Assembly: GCA_947085855.1 (NCBI GenBank)
Contig: CAMTYB010000001.1
Coordinates: 21,788 to 85,787 of the forward strand
Direction of reading: 5' to 3'
Origin: an uncultured Candidatus Saccharibacteria bacterium
Lineage (GTDB): Bacteria; Patescibacteriota; Saccharimonadia; Saccharimonadales; 2-12-FULL-41-12
DNA length: 64,000 nt
Numbering within the stretch: the stretch's first letter is position 1; every line of letters starts with the position of its first letter. Both the position numbers and the translations under genes were made by a program. A model generated the notes under the pieces. That model was not told the origin of the DNA. It ran no database searches and saw only the letters and a list, made by a program, of their open reading frames with translations. Positions 62,266 through 64,000 of the stretch are shown here, piece by piece.

Positions 62266-62691
62266 CTATTTGTTAGGAGAGGCGACTTCTGGGGGTGAAA
62301 TATTGACCATCCAGTCGACACCGAATTTGTCGGTTAGGGTGCCGAAAATGTCACCCCAAAACTCTTTTCGTAACGGCACAATATTGGTCGCATCTTCGTT
62401 CAACGCGTTAAAGGCCTCAGTTAACTTTTCTTCATCGTCGCCAACGAGCGAGAGGGTGACTTTAGCAGATTGAGCGCTGGCCTCTGCAGTGTCACTCGCC
62501 ATGATAGTAAAATCTGGCGTATCTAAGCTCACGTGCATAATATGGTCGGGCGACATACCCTCAACTTCCATGCCGCTTTCGGCATATGTCTGTAAAGACA
62601 ACTCGCCACCAAAAATGCCTTTATAAAATTCGATTGCCTGACGACAATCACCTTTGAAAAATAGATACGGATGCAATGCTACTTTTGTCAT
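62266..62691 (-). CDS. VOC-family protein (PhnB-like)
   Basis: HPYLFFKGDCRQAIEFYKGIFGGEL..., DKFGVDWMVN. Confidence 0.8.
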   Translation of the reverse strand: MTKVALHPYLFFKGDCRQAIEFYKGIFGGELSLQTYAESGMEVEGMSPDHIMHVSLDTPDFTIMASDTAEASAQSAKVTLSLVGDDEEKLTEAFNALNEDATNIVPLRKEFWGDIFGTLTDKFGVDWMVNISPPEVASPNK

Positions 62692-62705
62692 AATTAACCC
62701 CTTTG

Positions 62706-63140
62706 TTAGTCTTCTAATATTAATCTTCCACTATTTACCCAGGTCCGCACCAGTGGCGGTAGATCTCGTTCGCGAATGCGACCCAAGGCATTCCGGGCAA
62801 GTATCTGAATAGACTTGGTGTCGAGCTCTTTTATCCGTCTCCCGTCGCTCGGCAACTGCTGTTCTTCGTACGGACCACTGTAACCGAGAGCTAAGTTGAA
62901 GCCAAACAATAATCCAGTTCGTTCTTCGGCAGGAACGGGAAATTTAAAGCCTTCTTCTGGTTCAATGACTTCTTCATGCGCGATGCCAGGGACTGGGCTA
63001 GGTGGCATGCCTTGAGCTACTCGATCAAGCATAGCACCGAGCACGTTGCCGGTTGAGGTACCTGCCAGAAAGGCATGGGCTACTCGTACCTGCGACTCTG
63101 TTAGTATGTACGGATCTAATTCGGCCATGATCATCTCCAA
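62706..63140 (-). CDS. hypothetical protein, 144 aa
   Basis: ORF only; no motif recognised. Confidence 0.45.
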   Translation of the reverse strand: MEMIMAELDPYILTESQVRVAHAFLAGTSTGNVLGAMLDRVAQGMPPSPVPGIAHEEVIEPEEGFKFPVPAEERTGLLFGFNLALGYSGPYEEQQLPSDGRRIKELDTKSIQILARNALGRIRERDLPPLVRTWVNSGRLILED

Positions 63141-63219
63141 CTTTGGTATGGGGTTAATGTAAACTTATAATACCGCCTTGATAATAGCTGTCAAACTAAA
63201 GCCGTGTATACTGAACGAT

Positions 63220-63660
63220 ATGAGTAAAGCAGCCCGTGCCATTATCCTAAAAGAAGACAAGCTACTGCTAATGCGTCGCCTCAAGCACGGCTCAGAATAC
63301 TACACCTTGGTTGGCGGCCGGCTTAACGGCGACGAATCACCGCAAGAAGCCGTCATACGCGAAGTCAAAGAAGAGACTGGCCTAGACATCATAGCCGGCC
63401 GCTTAGTCTTTGCCGAGAAACACCCAGAGCCCTACAACAGCCAATACATTTTCCTATGCGAAGTTGCACCGCACAGCACAGTCGAGATCCAGTCAACATC
63501 CGAAGAAGCTCTTATGAATCATGTCGGCATTAACATGCACATCCCAGAGTGGGTAAGCGTCAAAAACTTCGACAAACTACACTTCAACACCATGCAACTT
63601 CAAAGGGCTATTCTTGACGGCTTAGCCAATGGCTTTCCCGATGAGCCGGTAGTTTTGTAG
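63220..63660 (+). CDS. NUDIX hydrolase
   Basis: Nudix box GGRLNGDESPQEAVIREVKEETGL; track start trimmed to ATG 63220. Confidence 0.88.
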   Translation: MSKAARAIILKEDKLLLMRRLKHGSEYYTLVGGRLNGDESPQEAVIREVKEETGLDIIAGRLVFAEKHPEPYNSQYIFLCEVAPHSTVEIQSTSEEALMNHVGINMHIPEWVSVKNFDKLHFNTMQLQRAILDGLANGFPDEPVVL

Positions 63661-63693
63661 CTTTGCAGCTACAGAGTTATTTGTCTTCTGAAA

Positions 63694-64000
63694 TTACTTG
63701 TCTTCCGGTTCTTGTAGCGGGATGATTCCGTCGCGAAGCGCCATGAGCGCGACTTGCTGAGAAGTCTGAGCCCGAGTGACAACAAAAATCTTATGAATAT
63801 GAGTCCGAGCAGTCGCCACTGAAATATTGTAGGCCTGAGCAATTTCTTCGTAGGTTGAAGTAGGGTAGTGCTCTTTTAAAATTTGAAGAGGTTTTCCTTT
63901 GAGCTTGTCTGTTCGGCCTTCTGGGACATCACGCAAACTAATTAAGCCTTTGCGAGCTGCAAAAATAATCAGTTCTTCACAGTTTCTGAGCTTGAAGCGC
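63694..64000 (-). CDS. LuxR-family regulator, C-terminal part (partial; continues beyond window) with two tandem HTH modules
   Basis: Frame stays open to the window edge: ...RFKLRNCEELIIFAARKGLISL (end of one LuxR HTH) then PLQILKEHYPTSTYEEIAQAYNISVATARTHIHKIFVVTRAQTSQQVALMALRDGII. Confidence 0.7.
   Translation of the reverse strand, partial: RFKLRNCEELIIFAARKGLISLRDVPEGRTDKLKGKPLQILKEHYPTSTYEEIAQAYNISVATARTHIHKIFVVTRAQTSQQVALMALRDGIIPLQEPEDK

Noticed and set aside
1-64000. CRISPR arrays, integrases/transposases, restriction-modification or other recognisable defence systems, and rRNA genes.
   Set aside because: No regularly spaced direct repeats were seen in any intergenic region. No ORF shows integrase, transposase, Cas, methyltransferase or nuclease-helicase motifs. 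No rRNA-like sequence is present.
1-64000. An alternative genetic code (UGA recoding, as in some CPR lineages).
   Set aside because: Many conserved genes end with TGA at the expected length (e.g. rpmC, rpsQ and nusG-region ATGA overlaps). None requires read-through. The standard bacterial code fits.

Overview
The window looks like a 64-kb piece of a small, gene-dense bacterial chromosome using the standard genetic code; many full-length genes end in TGA. About half of it is core information-processing genes. On the + strand, 303-16495 holds a near-uninterrupted S10-spc-alpha ribosomal super-operon: rpsJ ... rplO, secY, infA, rpmJ, rpsM-K-D, rpoA, rplQ, with rplM-rpsI attached directly. L30 is absent and there is no adk or map. 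Also present are secE-nusG-rplK-rplA, rplJ-rplL, dnaX, dnaB, ybaB-recR, four aminoacyl-tRNA synthetases (trpS, argS, cysS) and four tRNAs, all with encoded CCA ends. The missing L30, the lack of biosynthetic genes, the nucleotide-salvage bias and the low-complexity tails on ribosomal proteins fit a Candidate Phyla Radiation/Patescibacteria organism, perhaps Saccharibacteria-like. That placement is inference only. No CRISPR array, integrase, transposase or recognisable defence system was found. The most unusual items are:
- a 778-aa Tmk-ThyX-ThyX' triple fusion with complementary degenerate ThyX motifs, sitting with dcd in a 5.8-kb insertion that splits rplKA from rplJL;
- a divergently transcribed four-gene amino-acid-modifying cluster (ODC-like decarboxylase, M20 deacylase, ThrC-like PLP enzyme, AstE/aspartoacylase-like enzyme);
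- a PD-(D/E)XK homing-endonuclease-like ORF between tRNA-Thr and tRNA-Tyr whose stop codon lies inside tRNA-Tyr;
- a two-gene cassette with a consensus-promoter secreted protein that splits rpsJ from rplC;
- two promoter / apparently leaderless mini-ORF / terminator units upstream of unknown genes;
- a 161-nt element bounded by perfect 23-bp inverted repeats just upstream of dnaX;
- a partial tRNA-Trp duplication within nested inverted repeats.
All functional calls rest on motifs read by eye from the translations. No database search was run.
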